Assembly: GCA_963764625.1 (NCBI GenBank)
Contig: CAVXTH010000009.1
Coordinates: 832,001 to 896,000 of the forward strand
Length of the DNA: 64,000 nt
Origin: Candidatus Krumholzibacteriota bacterium
GTDB lineage: Bacteria; Krumholzibacteriota; Krumholzibacteriia; JAJRXK01
Direction: 5' to 3'
Shown: piece by piece, positions 45,246-54,424 of the stretch
How positions within the stretch are numbered: position 1 is the first letter of the stretch
Layout: each line of letters starts with the position of its first letter
Notes under the pieces: generated by a model
Seen by the model: the letters and a program-made list of their open reading frames with translations, nothing else
Database searches by the model: none
Told to the model about the DNA's origin: nothing
Position numbers and translations under genes: made by a program

Positions 45246-46899
45246 AATCGAGCTCCGTGCTGAACGGAGTGGTCCTCGTTTCCCCAGCGGCCAAGTCGAT
45301 GGAGTTTTCCGCGAGAGAACTCTCGTGGGCATCGGTTTGTGCGTGCTGCTGGTTTCGTCGCTCTGGGGGAGCGCTCGGGCCACGTCGGCCCAGGCGGTGG
45401 CCGACAGTAGCGAGGGCTCCGCGTGGGCGGTGGCCGCCTCGCAAGCCGATTCCAGCACCACTCTGAGCGCCGCAGACCTCTATCGGCTCCTCTTCGAAAC
45501 CTCCACCCAGCTTTCACGCACCCAGGGGGCGGCGAAGCGCGATAGTCTGATTCGGGCGATTCACGAGCTCGAGGCCGAGGTTACCGCACTACGTGCAGCG
45601 CAACGCGCTCGCTCGTCCGTCGCGCCTGAACCAGACCCCAAACTGAATGATCTGGAAAAGCAAATCCACGATTCGGCCGCGCGAGGGGACTGGAAGAGCT
45701 TCAACCAGGATCTGGGAGAGTTCCTGGGACAGGTGGGAGAGGTGAGCGAGGAACTGGGGCAACAGTTGGGGCAAGTCCAGCTGGAGATAAGCTCCGAGCG
45801 CTTCCGCCTGGCCACCGAGGGTGGTGGCTACATCGACGTGCAGATCCCCGAGGAAGTTCGAGAAAATCTCAAGTCGGGCGTCATGGCGTTCAACGAAGGG
45901 CTGGGGCGAGTCCTGTCCGATTCGATGCTGCAGGAGTTGGGGCGCAGCATCGAGCAATACACGCAGAACGGAAAGGGACCGCGATTCATTTTGGGCAAGC
46001 TCGGGCATCGCGAAAAGGCCAAGCAGTGGAAGGTCATCGGACGCTCGGTCTTCAAGATGGGGTCCGACTTCGAGGTGGCCGACGACGAGTTGGTTCAGGG
46101 TGACGTCGTCGTCGTCGGGGGGACGCTCACCGTCTCGGGCAAGGTCTTGGGGAAAGCGGTTGCCGTCGCGGGCAATTTGAATATCGAAGACTCGGGGGAG
46201 GTCAAAGGCGACGCGGTGAGCATTGGCGGAAACGTGACGCGCAGCGGAAACGCGCAGATCTCGGGTCAGGAAATCGACTTCGGGCACTTGCTTCCCGGGG
46301 TGAGAGGAGTTCGGGAAGCGGCCCCGTATCTCAACATCGTCATGATCGCCCTGCGCCTTCTCATCATGGCAGTGCTGGCCTTGATTCTAATTGCTCTGAT
46401 GGGGGATCGCCTCGACCTCATGTGCGCTCAGTGCCATGAGGGCCTGCTCCGATCCTTCGCCATGGGCATGGTTTGGCTGTTGGTCACCCTCTTTCTCTTC
46501 ACGATCCTCTCATTCACTCTCGCGCTCACCATCATCGGAATTCCAGTGGTGATTCTGCTGGGCGCGATTCTCGCCGCGCTGATCCTTGCGGCCTATTTCG
46601 TCACCTGCCGCCTGCTCGGAGAACGCTTGCTGAAAGTACTGTGGCCCGAGAGGGAGGTTCTGAGCTGGCAGAGCATCCTCTTGGGAATGATCGTGCTCGA
46701 GGGTCCAGCCATCTTTCTGGTGATCTTCGCTCTGATCTTTGCTCCGGACGGAGCGAGCATGGCGCTGGCTCGAAACGTAGACCTCGGCCTCAAGTTCTTG
46801 GCCTTGAGCCTCGGCTTCGGTTGTGTGGTCCAGAGCCGCTTCGGTTCCTTCCGCCGACGCTCCATTCCCGTCGAGCTCGCGGCGGAGAGTCATTCCTGA
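45238..46899 (+). CDS. Membrane protein with bactofilin-like beta-helix repeats
   Basis: 'VQGDVVVVGG.LTVSG.V.G.AVAVAGNL.I....V.GDAV.IGG' repeats plus several C-terminal TMs. Confidence 0.7.
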   Translation: MPEIELRAERSGPRFPSGQVDGVFRERTLVGIGLCVLLVSSLWGSARATSAQAVADSSEGSAWAVAASQADSSTTLSAADLYRLLFETSTQLSRTQGAAKRDSLIRAIHELEAEVTALRAAQRARSSVAPEPDPKLNDLEKQIHDSAARGDWKSFNQDLGEFLGQVGEVSEELGQQLGQVQLEISSERFRLATEGGGYIDVQIPEEVRENLKSGVMAFNEGLGRVLSDSMLQELGRSIEQYTQNGKGPRFILGKLGHREKAKQWKVIGRSVFKMGSDFEVADDELVQGDVVVVGGTLTVSGKVLGKAVAVAGNLNIEDSGEVKGDAVSIGGNVTRSGNAQISGQEIDFGHLLPGVRGVREAAPYLNIVMIALRLLIMAVLALILIALMGDRLDLMCAQCHEGLLRSFAMGMVWLLVTLFLFTILSFTLALTIIGIPVVILLGAILAALILAAYFVTCRLLGERLLKVLWPEREVLSWQSILLGMIVLEGPAIFLVIFALIFAPDGASMALARNVDLGLKFLALSLGFGCVVQSRFGSFRRRSIPVELAAESHS

Positions 46900-46928
46900 T
46901 TCATTCTTTACTGGGGTTCGGCCCGCTC

Positions 46929-47997
46929 TCAGCCGCTCGATCGCGCGCGAGGCGAGGCCGAAGCGGAGCGATTTCGTCTCTGCACCAGCTGACCGCAGGC
47001 TGCCGCGACCTCACCGCCAGCGCTGTCTCTCACGGTGCAAACGATTCCCGCGGCCCACAGACGATCCGCGAAGCGCTTCACTCGTTCGGCGGAAGGCCGC
47101 TTGCCGCTGAAGCCCTCGATTTCGTTGAGGGGAATCAGATTTACCTTGAACAGACCTCCGCGCGCGAGAGCGGCGAGGCGCTCGGCCGCTTCCTCGTCGT
47201 CGTTGTCGCCGGCGATGAGGACGCACTCGAGGGTGAGCTTGCGGGCCGTGCGTCGCGCGTAAGCCGCGCCTAACTCGAGGACCTCATGCATCGCCTCCAC
47301 TCCGGCCACCGGCATCAGGCGGCGCCGGGCATCGGGCGAGGCGGTGGTCAGCGAAAGAGCCAGCCCGTAGGGCCGCTCTAGCTCGTGAAGTCGACGCATT
47401 CCCTCCAGCGGTCCGCTGGTCGAGATCGTGATGTGTCTGGCGCCGATGGCCAGCCCTTTGGGATGCGAGAGGATTCGCAGGGCCTTCTTCAGATTGTCGA
47501 AATTGTCGAGCGGCTCGCCCATTCCCATGAACACCAGATTCGCCTGGCGAGAAGTGGGATGAAGTCGCGAGAGATGGATCACCTGCGCCACGATCTCTCC
47601 CGGTTGCAGTTGGCGACGCAGGCCCATGCGCGCTGTCGCGCAGAACACACAGGCCATGCGACATCCCACCTGAGTGGAGAGGCAGAACGTCCGACGGCTC
47701 GTCTCCATCGCGATGGCCACCGACTCGATTCGCTGCTGATCTCGCGAGTTCGAAGAGGTGCTTCACCGTTCCATCCGCCGCTAGCTTCTGCCCGACCTGC
47801 CGGAGGCGAGTGAATCCGTACTCGCTCTCCAGTCGACTCCTCAAGCCCAGGGGCAGGGCGCTGAGTTCTTCGATCGACTTGGCTTTTCTCTGGTAGATTC
47901 CATGCGCGAGCTGTCGGCCGCGGTAGGGAGCCTCACCCAGCGAGACGAGGAGCTCTTCCAGCTCCTGGGGGTTGAGATCGTGCAGACGAGGAGGCAT
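46929..47997 (-). CDS. rlmN: Radical-SAM RNA methyltransferase RlmN; frameshift near 47735
   Basis: 'DGTVK.LF' (ORF 47284-47997) then 'CLSTQVGCRMACVFC', 'MGMGEP', 'AACGQL' (ORF 46929-47720). Confidence 0.9.
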
Positions 47998-48073
47998 GGT
48001 GAACTCGCGAGCCTTGACAGTCTCCGGGATGCAGGATCAAGTTGCTAGCAAACTCGAGGGAGAACTTTGGAAG

Positions 48074-48460
48074 ATGGCTAAGAGTATAGAAGGAACCAAG
48101 ACCAGCGGCGAGGACGGTCTGGCCCAGCTGCTGGCCGCGGCCGGAGACGATCTCCGCCTGAGGATCCTGGAATTCGTTGCCCGCGAGCCGAAGTCCGTCT
48201 CACAGATCTGCCAGGAGCTGGAGGCGGCGCAGCCGAGGGTCTCGCACCATCTGGGGATTCTGCGCCGCTGCGGCCTCTTGTCGGTAAAGACCAAGGGACG
48301 GCAACGAGTGTATCGGTGGGCGCAGCCGGGTGGCGGCTCGGCGGCGTTCGATCTACAGACTCTCTTGCGGCGATGGTTGGGCTTGCGCGAGGGCGCCCAT
48401 GCGAGGGCCGAAAAGCCCGGCGGGGCCGAGAGTCAGCAGCTCGAAGATTTTCTTCTCTGA
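48074..48460 (+). CDS. ArsR/SmtB family transcriptional regulator
   Basis: 'RLRIL', 'SVSQI...L...QPRVSHHL..LR..GL.....GRQRVY'. Confidence 0.85.
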   Translation: MAKSIEGTKTSGEDGLAQLLAAAGDDLRLRILEFVAREPKSVSQICQELEAAQPRVSHHLGILRRCGLLSVKTKGRQRVYRWAQPGGGSAAFDLQTLLRRWLGLREGAHARAEKPGGAESQQLEDFLL

Positions 48461-48475
48461 GAGTGGAGAGAGCGA

Positions 48476-49897
48476 ATGGATTCCAGGAAGGGACGGATCC
48501 TCATCGCGGATGACGACTCGGGACTGCGCGCGATGGTGCGGCAAGTCCTGGAATACGATGGCTTCGAAGTGGTCGAGGCCGAGGACGGTCCCCATGCGCT
48601 AAGGGAGCTGCGCAAGGGAATCTGCGAAGTCTTGTTGCTGGACGTCAAGATGCCGGGGATGGACGGCTTCGAGGTCATGAGCGCGATGCAGAGCGAAGGC
48701 CTCGATGTTCCGGTGGTGGTGATCTCCGCGCACGAGGCGGTCTCCAACGCAGTCGAAGCGATCCGGCGCGGGGCCTACGACTTCCTGGAAAAACCCTTCA
48801 AGCGGGAAGCGCTGAAGGTGCGGGTCCAGAAAGCGCAGGAGCACATGCGCCTGAAGCGGGCGAACCGGGAACTGGCCGAGTCTTCCGCCCGCGGCGGCGA
48901 GATCATCGGGGACGGCCCCTCCATTCGCCACGTGAAGGAACTGCTCGAGAAAGTCGCGCCAACTCCGGCCAGAGTTCTCATCACCGGAGAAAACGGAACC
49001 GGCAAGGAGCTCCTGGCCCGAGCGATCCACATGCGGTCCTCGCGCGCCAGTGGGCCGTTCGTGGAATTGAACTGCGCTGCGATTCCGGGCGATCTCATCG
49101 AGAGCGAACTCTTCGGTCACGAGCGCGGAGCCTTCACCGGAGCCGAACGCCGTCGGCTGGGCAAGTTCGAGAGGGCCGACCGCGGGACGATCTTCCTGGA
49201 TGAGATCGGGGACATGAGTCAGGCCGCGCAGGCGAAGGTCTTGCGCGCGTTGGAGACCTCGACCTTCGAGAGGGTCGGAGGGCAAGATCTGATCCACGTG
49301 GATGTCCGGGTGATCTCGGCCACGAATCGGGAGCTCCAGAATGAGAGCTCGGGTTTCAGGGAGGATCTGTTCTATCGACTCAACGTCATCCAGATCCACC
49401 TGCCTCCTCTGCGGGAACGCCCGGAGGACATCGAGGGTCTCTTCCTCCACTTCCTCAGGATCGCGGCACTGGAGATGGGACAGAGAGTGAAGGGGGTGGA
49501 CGATGGGGTGCTCGAGATCCTGAAGCGACAGCCGTGGCGGGGGAATATCCGTGAGTTGAGAAATCTGGCCGAGCGCCTGGCCATCGTGGCTCCGGACGAA
49601 AAGATCCACGAGGCGGATTTGAGCGTGCTGGCCGGGAGTGAGGCCACGAAAGGCGAACACGAGGACGTGTTCGCCAGCTCCACCTTCAACGAGTTCAAGG
49701 CGGCCAGCGAAGCCCTGTTTCTGCAGGGAAAGCTGCGGGAGTTCAGCTACAACGTGAGCCGAACCGCCGAGGAGCTGGAAATGCAGCGAAGCAATCTCTA
49801 TAAGAAGATCCAGCGCTACGACCTCGGACCTCCGGCTGAGCGATTTGTCCGGGGGCGCTTGACCCCGTGCACTGGAGCTACGTATTGTGTACACTAG
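48476..49897 (+). CDS. Sigma-54-dependent response regulator (REC-AAA+-HTH, NtrX/ZraR-like)
   Basis: REC 'IADDD..LLDVKMP', 'GENGTGKE', 'GAFTGA', 'FLDEI', Fis-type HTH. Confidence 0.93.
   Translation: MDSRKGRILIADDDSGLRAMVRQVLEYDGFEVVEAEDGPHALRELRKGICEVLLLDVKMPGMDGFEVMSAMQSEGLDVPVVVISAHEAVSNAVEAIRRGAYDFLEKPFKREALKVRVQKAQEHMRLKRANRELAESSARGGEIIGDGPSIRHVKELLEKVAPTPARVLITGENGTGKELLARAIHMRSSRASGPFVELNCAAIPGDLIESELFGHERGAFTGAERRRLGKFERADRGTIFLDEIGDMSQAAQAKVLRALETSTFERVGGQDLIHVDVRVISATNRELQNESSGFREDLFYRLNVIQIHLPPLRERPEDIEGLFLHFLRIAALEMGQRVKGVDDGVLEILKRQPWRGNIRELRNLAERLAIVAPDEKIHEADLSVLAGSEATKGEHEDVFASSTFNEFKAASEALFLQGKLREFSYNVSRTAEELEMQRSNLYKKIQRYDLGPPAERFVRGRLTPCTGATYCVH
49859..49888 (+). promoter_or_regulatory. 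Possible sigma-70 promoter for the peptide/activator pair
   Basis: TTGACC-N18-TATTGT about 105 nt upstream of ATG 49993. Confidence 0.35.
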
Positions 49898-49992
49898 ATT
49901 TGGGCAAGGGCCCGTGTGAGCGGAATTGGTCTGCCGTAGGCGATCGGGAGCTGTCGGCCAACGCCGACACGATTGCCTGAGGAGATTTGATC

Positions 49993-50343
49993 ATGATCAG
50001 CAATAGGAAAGCCCTGACGATCGTAAGCGCTCTCTTGATCTTCGCGACAGCGTGGCTGGTGACCCCGGCCAGCGCGAAGGAAATGAGTCTCCGAATCGAT
50101 GCGACCGACGGCGCTACATCCTACTCCGGCTCCGGGTAAGCACGACTGGGGGCGGCGGAAGTTTCATCAAGGGGACTCCGACGACGGAGAACGGAGATCC
50201 CGATGAGCTGACCGGAGGCAACCTGTCGGTCTGGGCTCCGACCAGCCCGAGCTTCGCAAGATTCGTCCGTGCTGGTGAGTCTTTGGCGGGGACTGGTTAG
50301 CTGGATCCAGGGCAGTGCAAACCGATTCGTGGAGGCACGCTAG
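49993..50343 (+). CDS. Small secreted pro-peptide (48 aa as read, to TAA 50139; about 116 aa if two compensating indels are corrected)
   Basis: GAGGAG RBS; signal peptide MISNRKALTIVSALLIFATAWLVTPASA; shifted-frame middle 'TTENGDPDELTGGN'; original-frame tail 'LVSLWRGLVSWIQGSANRFVEAR*'. Confidence 0.65.
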
Positions 50344-50419
50344 GACAGTACGAGTTCGAGGAATCTCGCTTTTCTCAAAGCGGTATCTCTAGTTGAACCC
50401 TTCTCGCCCAAGGGATGCC

Positions 50420-53400
50420 ATGCAGGAGTTTCGAGAGGGAGAAGAGGGCCACGGGCCTTCCTCCTCAAGTCCAAGCAATAGCGCTGAAAATCCCGCTCTG
50501 CTGCGGACCGAGCAGGTGGGGGATCTCCACTATGACGGCGCTGCTTACTCCTCAGCCATGGAGTATTACCGTTCTGCGCTCCGCAGCGGAGCGGAGTTGA
50601 GTAACGTGCCCGCCGAATCGGTCGCACGACTGCATCGCAAACTCGCCGATTGTTTTCTCCAACAGGGACTCCCCAGCGAAGCCGCGCGCGAACTGGGCCG
50701 GGCCGAGAGGCTTCTGCCCGACTCCGCCGGTCTCGCGCATGCCGTACTGCGGGTCCGTAGGGCCCTGGTGTGCTTTCGGCAAGGCCGGTACCGCAAGGCA
50801 CAGGCACTGGCCATGGAGGGGTTCAGGGAGCTGGCGACCTCCGACCGTCACCGCGAGGTCGGAAACGCCCAGATGATTCTGGGAAACTGCGCCATGCGGC
50901 TCGGGCGCCTGGAGAAAGCCGATGAGTTCTTTCAAGACGCGCTGGCCACCTTCCGGCGCGTGGACCTCCCGCTAGGACAGGCGCAGGCGCTCATCAACCT
51001 CGCGACTCTGGCCAAGAACGAATGCCGTTGGGCCAGCGCCCTGCAGCTCTTTTCCAAGGCGGAGGCCATCGTCAGAGATCGCGGACATTCTCACGAGCTC
51101 GCGGTGTTGCACAACAGCATGGCGGTGCTCTATCGCAAGATGGGACGCCGGGCCGAGGCCATGGCTCAGGTGGAACGCGGTCTCGAGTTGGGCCGCAATC
51201 TCGGCGATCAGAGTCGACTCACGCGCCTGCGCCTCTTGAAGGGGCAGATCCTGGTGGATGAGGGTCGCTTCGCCGAGGCCGAACAGAATTTGCTCGAGGC
51301 CCGGGTCCTGGCGGAGCGGAGACAGACCGGCCGTGATCTGGCACTTGCGGACGAGTTCTTGGGCGACCTCATGGCAGCGCAAGAGCGCTTCGAAGAGGCC
51401 GAACTCAACTACCGTCTGGCCGAAAAGCGCGCCCAGGCCATGGGTCCCGCCACCGACATCCAAGCCGAGGTTCTCAGACGCCGCGCCGAACTCGCGCTTC
51501 GTCAGGGCGACTCGAGCCGGGCCCTCTCCCTGGCGAACCAGGGCATCCGCGTCGCCGAGGCCTGTGGTGAACGCTTCGAGCTACCCTTCTTCGAAAGGGT
51601 GATCGGTCTCGCGCTCGCCGGGCGCGGGGAGTATCAGCCCGCCCGCGACGCGCTCGAATCGGCTCTGGCGCGCGTGAGTGAATACCGTCTTCCGGTGCAG
51701 ATGCGGAGGATCCTGCGGGACCTGGCCCATCTACACATGCGGCAGGAGGGCCGCGAGTCGCTGCTTCTGGCTCGCACCCGGTTGCGGGAAGTGTCGGAAA
51801 TCGCCGACGAGAACAGCGAGTACTCCCCCTGCCAGGTTCAGTTGGATCTCGCGCGCGTAGAGTTGAACCTGGGCGAGTTCGATGAAGCGCTCCTCGCGCT
51901 CTATGAGCTCGAGCGACTGTCTTGCATGGGAAGTCACGATGAACTCGCGCGGGACGTCCAGGCTCTGCGATCTGAGATCGAAGACGCCCTGTCCCAGGAC
52001 GCGGAGGACATCTCCTCGCACTATCAGGCTCTGGCGGATCTGCCCGAACTTCTGGATGGCGACAAACCGGACGCCGAGCGCAACTTGAGAACCATGCTGC
52101 TGGCTTTGGCCGATCGCCTCGCGGCGGATCGCGCGTTCTTGGCGATCCAGGAGGGCGACGGCGTCCCGCGGATTCTCTCGAGTCATCATCTGCCGCGCGG
52201 ACGGGCCGCGGGCATTGCGCGCCACGTGCTTTCTCTCTTGGATGCGGCCAGTGGTCCCAGAGTGTGGACGAATCCGCAGGCGGACGCGGCGTGGAGCGGG
52301 CTCGGCGCGGAGGAATTGCGCGAGATCCAGACCGCGGCGGCCCTCTCGCTGGGACGCTCCGGTACCCTTCAGGCCCTCATGTACTTCGACTGTCAGCCTC
52401 GCAAGGGGGCCCGGCGCGGCTTCAACAACGAAGCGCTCGCGGTGGCCGCGAGCTACGTCGAGCTCCTGCGCGCTCCGATCTTCGATCTCGCGCGCGGAGG
52501 ACGGGCCGCTACGGGCAACCGCGCGTTCCTGCTGGAAGAGGCCTTCGAGAACATCATTACCGAGAGCGACGCGATGGTGGAGGTCCTTCGTCTCTGCGCG
52601 AAAGTCGCGCCGACGCCGTACTCGGTTCTCTTCACCGGAGAGACGGGAACCGGCAAGGGCCTCTTGGCCTACGCGGTTCATCGCTTCAGCCCGCGCGGAC
52701 AGAAGCGCTTCGTCTCCTTGAACTGCGCGGCCATGCCGGAGAGCTTGCTCGAGAGCGAGCTGTTCGGACACGTGAAGGGCGCATTCACTGGAGCCAACCG
52801 GACCCACAAAGGGCTCATCCCGGGCGCCGACGGAGGTACGCTCTTCCTGGACGAGATCGGGAAGATGAGCTTGCCCATGCAAGCGAAGCTCCTGCATTTC
52901 CTCGACAGCAAGGAAGTGCGACCAGTCGGGGGCGGGGAGAGCCAGATCGTCGACGTGCGCGTGCTCAGCGCCAGCATGCGCGATCTGAAAGAGATGGTCC
53001 GGCAGGAACTCTTCCTGGAAGATCTCTACTATCGTCTTCTCGATTTCCCCATCGACGTGCCCCCGCTACGCGATCGCGCGGATGACATCCTCCTTTTGGC
53101 GCGGCATTACCTCGACCGCGTCTGTGGTGAGTTGGGCCGCCCGATTCCCCAGATGACGCGTGGGTTCGCGAGTGGCCTGAGGTCGTACTCGTGGCCGGGA
53201 AACGTTCGAGAGCTGGAGAAGGTGATTCGGCGCGCGGTCATTTTGAGCGTGGGCGAGGATCGCTTGCAGGCTAAGGATCTCCCCGACTCCTGCCGGGGCA
53301 AGCTCGCCGCCGAGGGAGAGGACCAGCCGGTCAATCCCATCCAGCCTCTGAAGGACGAAGTCGCCGAGTTCGAGAAAGTGCTGCTGGAGAGAGCACTCAC

Positions 53401-53503
53401 CAGTTGCGGGTGGAATCGCAGTGAGGCGGCGCGACGCTTGAAAATCAGCTATCCCACCATGCTGCAGAAGATCAAGCGCTACGGTCTGAGTATTCCCAAC
53501 TAG
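50420..53503 (+). CDS. Sigma-54 enhancer-binding protein, TPR-GAF-AAA+-HTH
   Basis: Long N-terminal TPR-like helical region, GAF-like segment, 'GETGTGKG', 'ESELFGHVKGAFTGA', 'FLDEI', 'WPGNVREL', Fis HTH. Confidence 0.92.
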   Translation: MQEFREGEEGHGPSSSSPSNSAENPALLRTEQVGDLHYDGAAYSSAMEYYRSALRSGAELSNVPAESVARLHRKLADCFLQQGLPSEAARELGRAERLLPDSAGLAHAVLRVRRALVCFRQGRYRKAQALAMEGFRELATSDRHREVGNAQMILGNCAMRLGRLEKADEFFQDALATFRRVDLPLGQAQALINLATLAKNECRWASALQLFSKAEAIVRDRGHSHELAVLHNSMAVLYRKMGRRAEAMAQVERGLELGRNLGDQSRLTRLRLLKGQILVDEGRFAEAEQNLLEARVLAERRQTGRDLALADEFLGDLMAAQERFEEAELNYRLAEKRAQAMGPATDIQAEVLRRRAELALRQGDSSRALSLANQGIRVAEACGERFELPFFERVIGLALAGRGEYQPARDALESALARVSEYRLPVQMRRILRDLAHLHMRQEGRESLLLARTRLREVSEIADENSEYSPCQVQLDLARVELNLGEFDEALLALYELERLSCMGSHDELARDVQALRSEIEDALSQDAEDISSHYQALADLPELLDGDKPDAERNLRTMLLALADRLAADRAFLAIQEGDGVPRILSSHHLPRGRAAGIARHVLSLLDAASGPRVWTNPQADAAWSGLGAEELREIQTAAALSLGRSGTLQALMYFDCQPRKGARRGFNNEALAVAASYVELLRAPIFDLARGGRAATGNRAFLLEEAFENIITESDAMVEVLRLCAKVAPTPYSVLFTGETGTGKGLLAYAVHRFSPRGQKRFVSLNCAAMPESLLESELFGHVKGAFTGANRTHKGLIPGADGGTLFLDEIGKMSLPMQAKLLHFLDSKEVRPVGGGESQIVDVRVLSASMRDLKEMVRQELFLEDLYYRLLDFPIDVPPLRDRADDILLLARHYLDRVCGELGRPIPQMTRGFASGLRSYSWPGNVRELEKVIRRAVILSVGEDRLQAKDLPDSCRGKLAAEGEDQPVNPIQPLKDEVAEFEKVLLERALTSCGWNRSEAARRLKISYPTMLQKIKRYGLSIPN

Positions 53504-53515
53504 CCTCGCCCTGAC

Positions 53516-53591
53516 CCATCAATTCTCTTGATAGGCGTTAAGTCCACTGTTCATAGGGCCTTGGTTCCAAGGCTCTTCTCCATCCTATCAA
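53516..53591. promoter_or_regulatory. Candidate upstream activator (enhancer) sites
   Basis: Dyad ATCAA-N5-TTGAT(AGG) at 53518-53535 and a matching half-site CCTATCAA at 53584-53591. Confidence 0.45.
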
Positions 53592-53704
53592 AGAACTTTC
53601 CAACCGAATCCCCGGGCGCGAGGCACCGCGATCCGAGCTGCGGACAGAGCTTGCAACTCATTGAATTCCAATGAGATAGGAATGCCGCTGCACGGCGGAC
53701 TCGC

Positions 53705-53720
53705 TGGCACGGGGACTGCA
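53705..53720 (+). promoter_or_regulatory. Sigma-54 -24/-12 promoter P1
   Basis: TGGCACGGGGACTGCA (GG-N10-GC); IHF-like CAACTCATTGAAT at 53654-53666. Confidence 0.8.
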
Positions 53721-53730
53721 ATGGGGAATG

Positions 53731-54115
53731 GTGGCTGGAGTCACTTAGGCAATCGTGGTCCGGTCGTCCAGTTGGCCCTTGGGGCCGCAAAGCTATCGGA
53801 GGACGGGGTGGGAACGCTCCTCTCCGTCAACCGGCTGAAAGAGGTTGTTTTCCATCAATTCGGTCCGTCGGTTCGTCAGCACGAGGTGGGGTCGGGCTGA
53901 GGATTTCGGCGGAAGCTAGGAAGACAGCGCTTTCACACCGTCCTCCGAAACATCCCATGGGATGCAGTGAGAGAGGTCAAGGAGAGATCCGACACGAGAC
54001 TCCCCGGCATCCAGGACTGGCGAGATCCTGGAGCGGCCAATCAGGGGAATGGTCTGGTGAACCACTCACCGAGATCCTATGGTTGCGAGAGCCGTCCCTG
54101 TGGGACGGCTCTCGT
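53731..54115 (+). ncRNA. Candidate sigma-54-dependent structured ncRNA
   Basis: No credible ORF; 23-bp long-range stem 53796-53818/53926-53948; small hairpins; perfect 13-bp closing hairpin 54086-54114. Confidence 0.55.
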
Positions 54116-54354
54116 GCGTCCGGTCCCCACCTCGCGCCGACACCGCAAGCCCTCGGGTTGCGAGCTACCGCCAGCCCCTGAGTGTCTCCTCCCGGAGACG
54201 ATTCTATGTCCCGATGGCGACAACTTCCGCCCCGCAGTCTCCTGGTCTTCATCCTTTCGGAGGGGGGGGGCGGCGTGATTGAGGATTTGAAACCATTGAA
54301 CAACAAGGGCTTATGAGCCTATCCGGGGTTGCAGCCGAGCCGACTCAGAGGCGG

Positions 54355-54370
54355 TGGCATGGCGGCTGCG
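54355..54370 (+). promoter_or_regulatory. Sigma-54 -24/-12 promoter P2
   Basis: TGGCATGGCGGCTGCG (GG-N10-GC); IHF-like CAACAAGGGCTTA at 54301-54313; 55 nt before ATG 54425. Confidence 0.65.
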
Positions 54371-54424
54371 AGGCATGGGGCAAGGGACGGGGATGCGGAG
54401 GGCCTTCGGACGAAGGAGAGAGCC

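Noticed and set aside
46929-47997. rlmN as a pseudogene or Cfr resistance gene
   Set aside because: All RlmN motifs are intact, a single indel fits the window-wide error pattern, and there is no mobile context.
53661-54306. Short ORFs 53661-53900, 53957-54181, 53967-54278 and 53977-54306
   Set aside because: No recognisable motifs or convincing RBS, mutually overlapping, and they cross the promoter or hairpins. RNA structure explains the region better, though a micro-peptide is not excluded.
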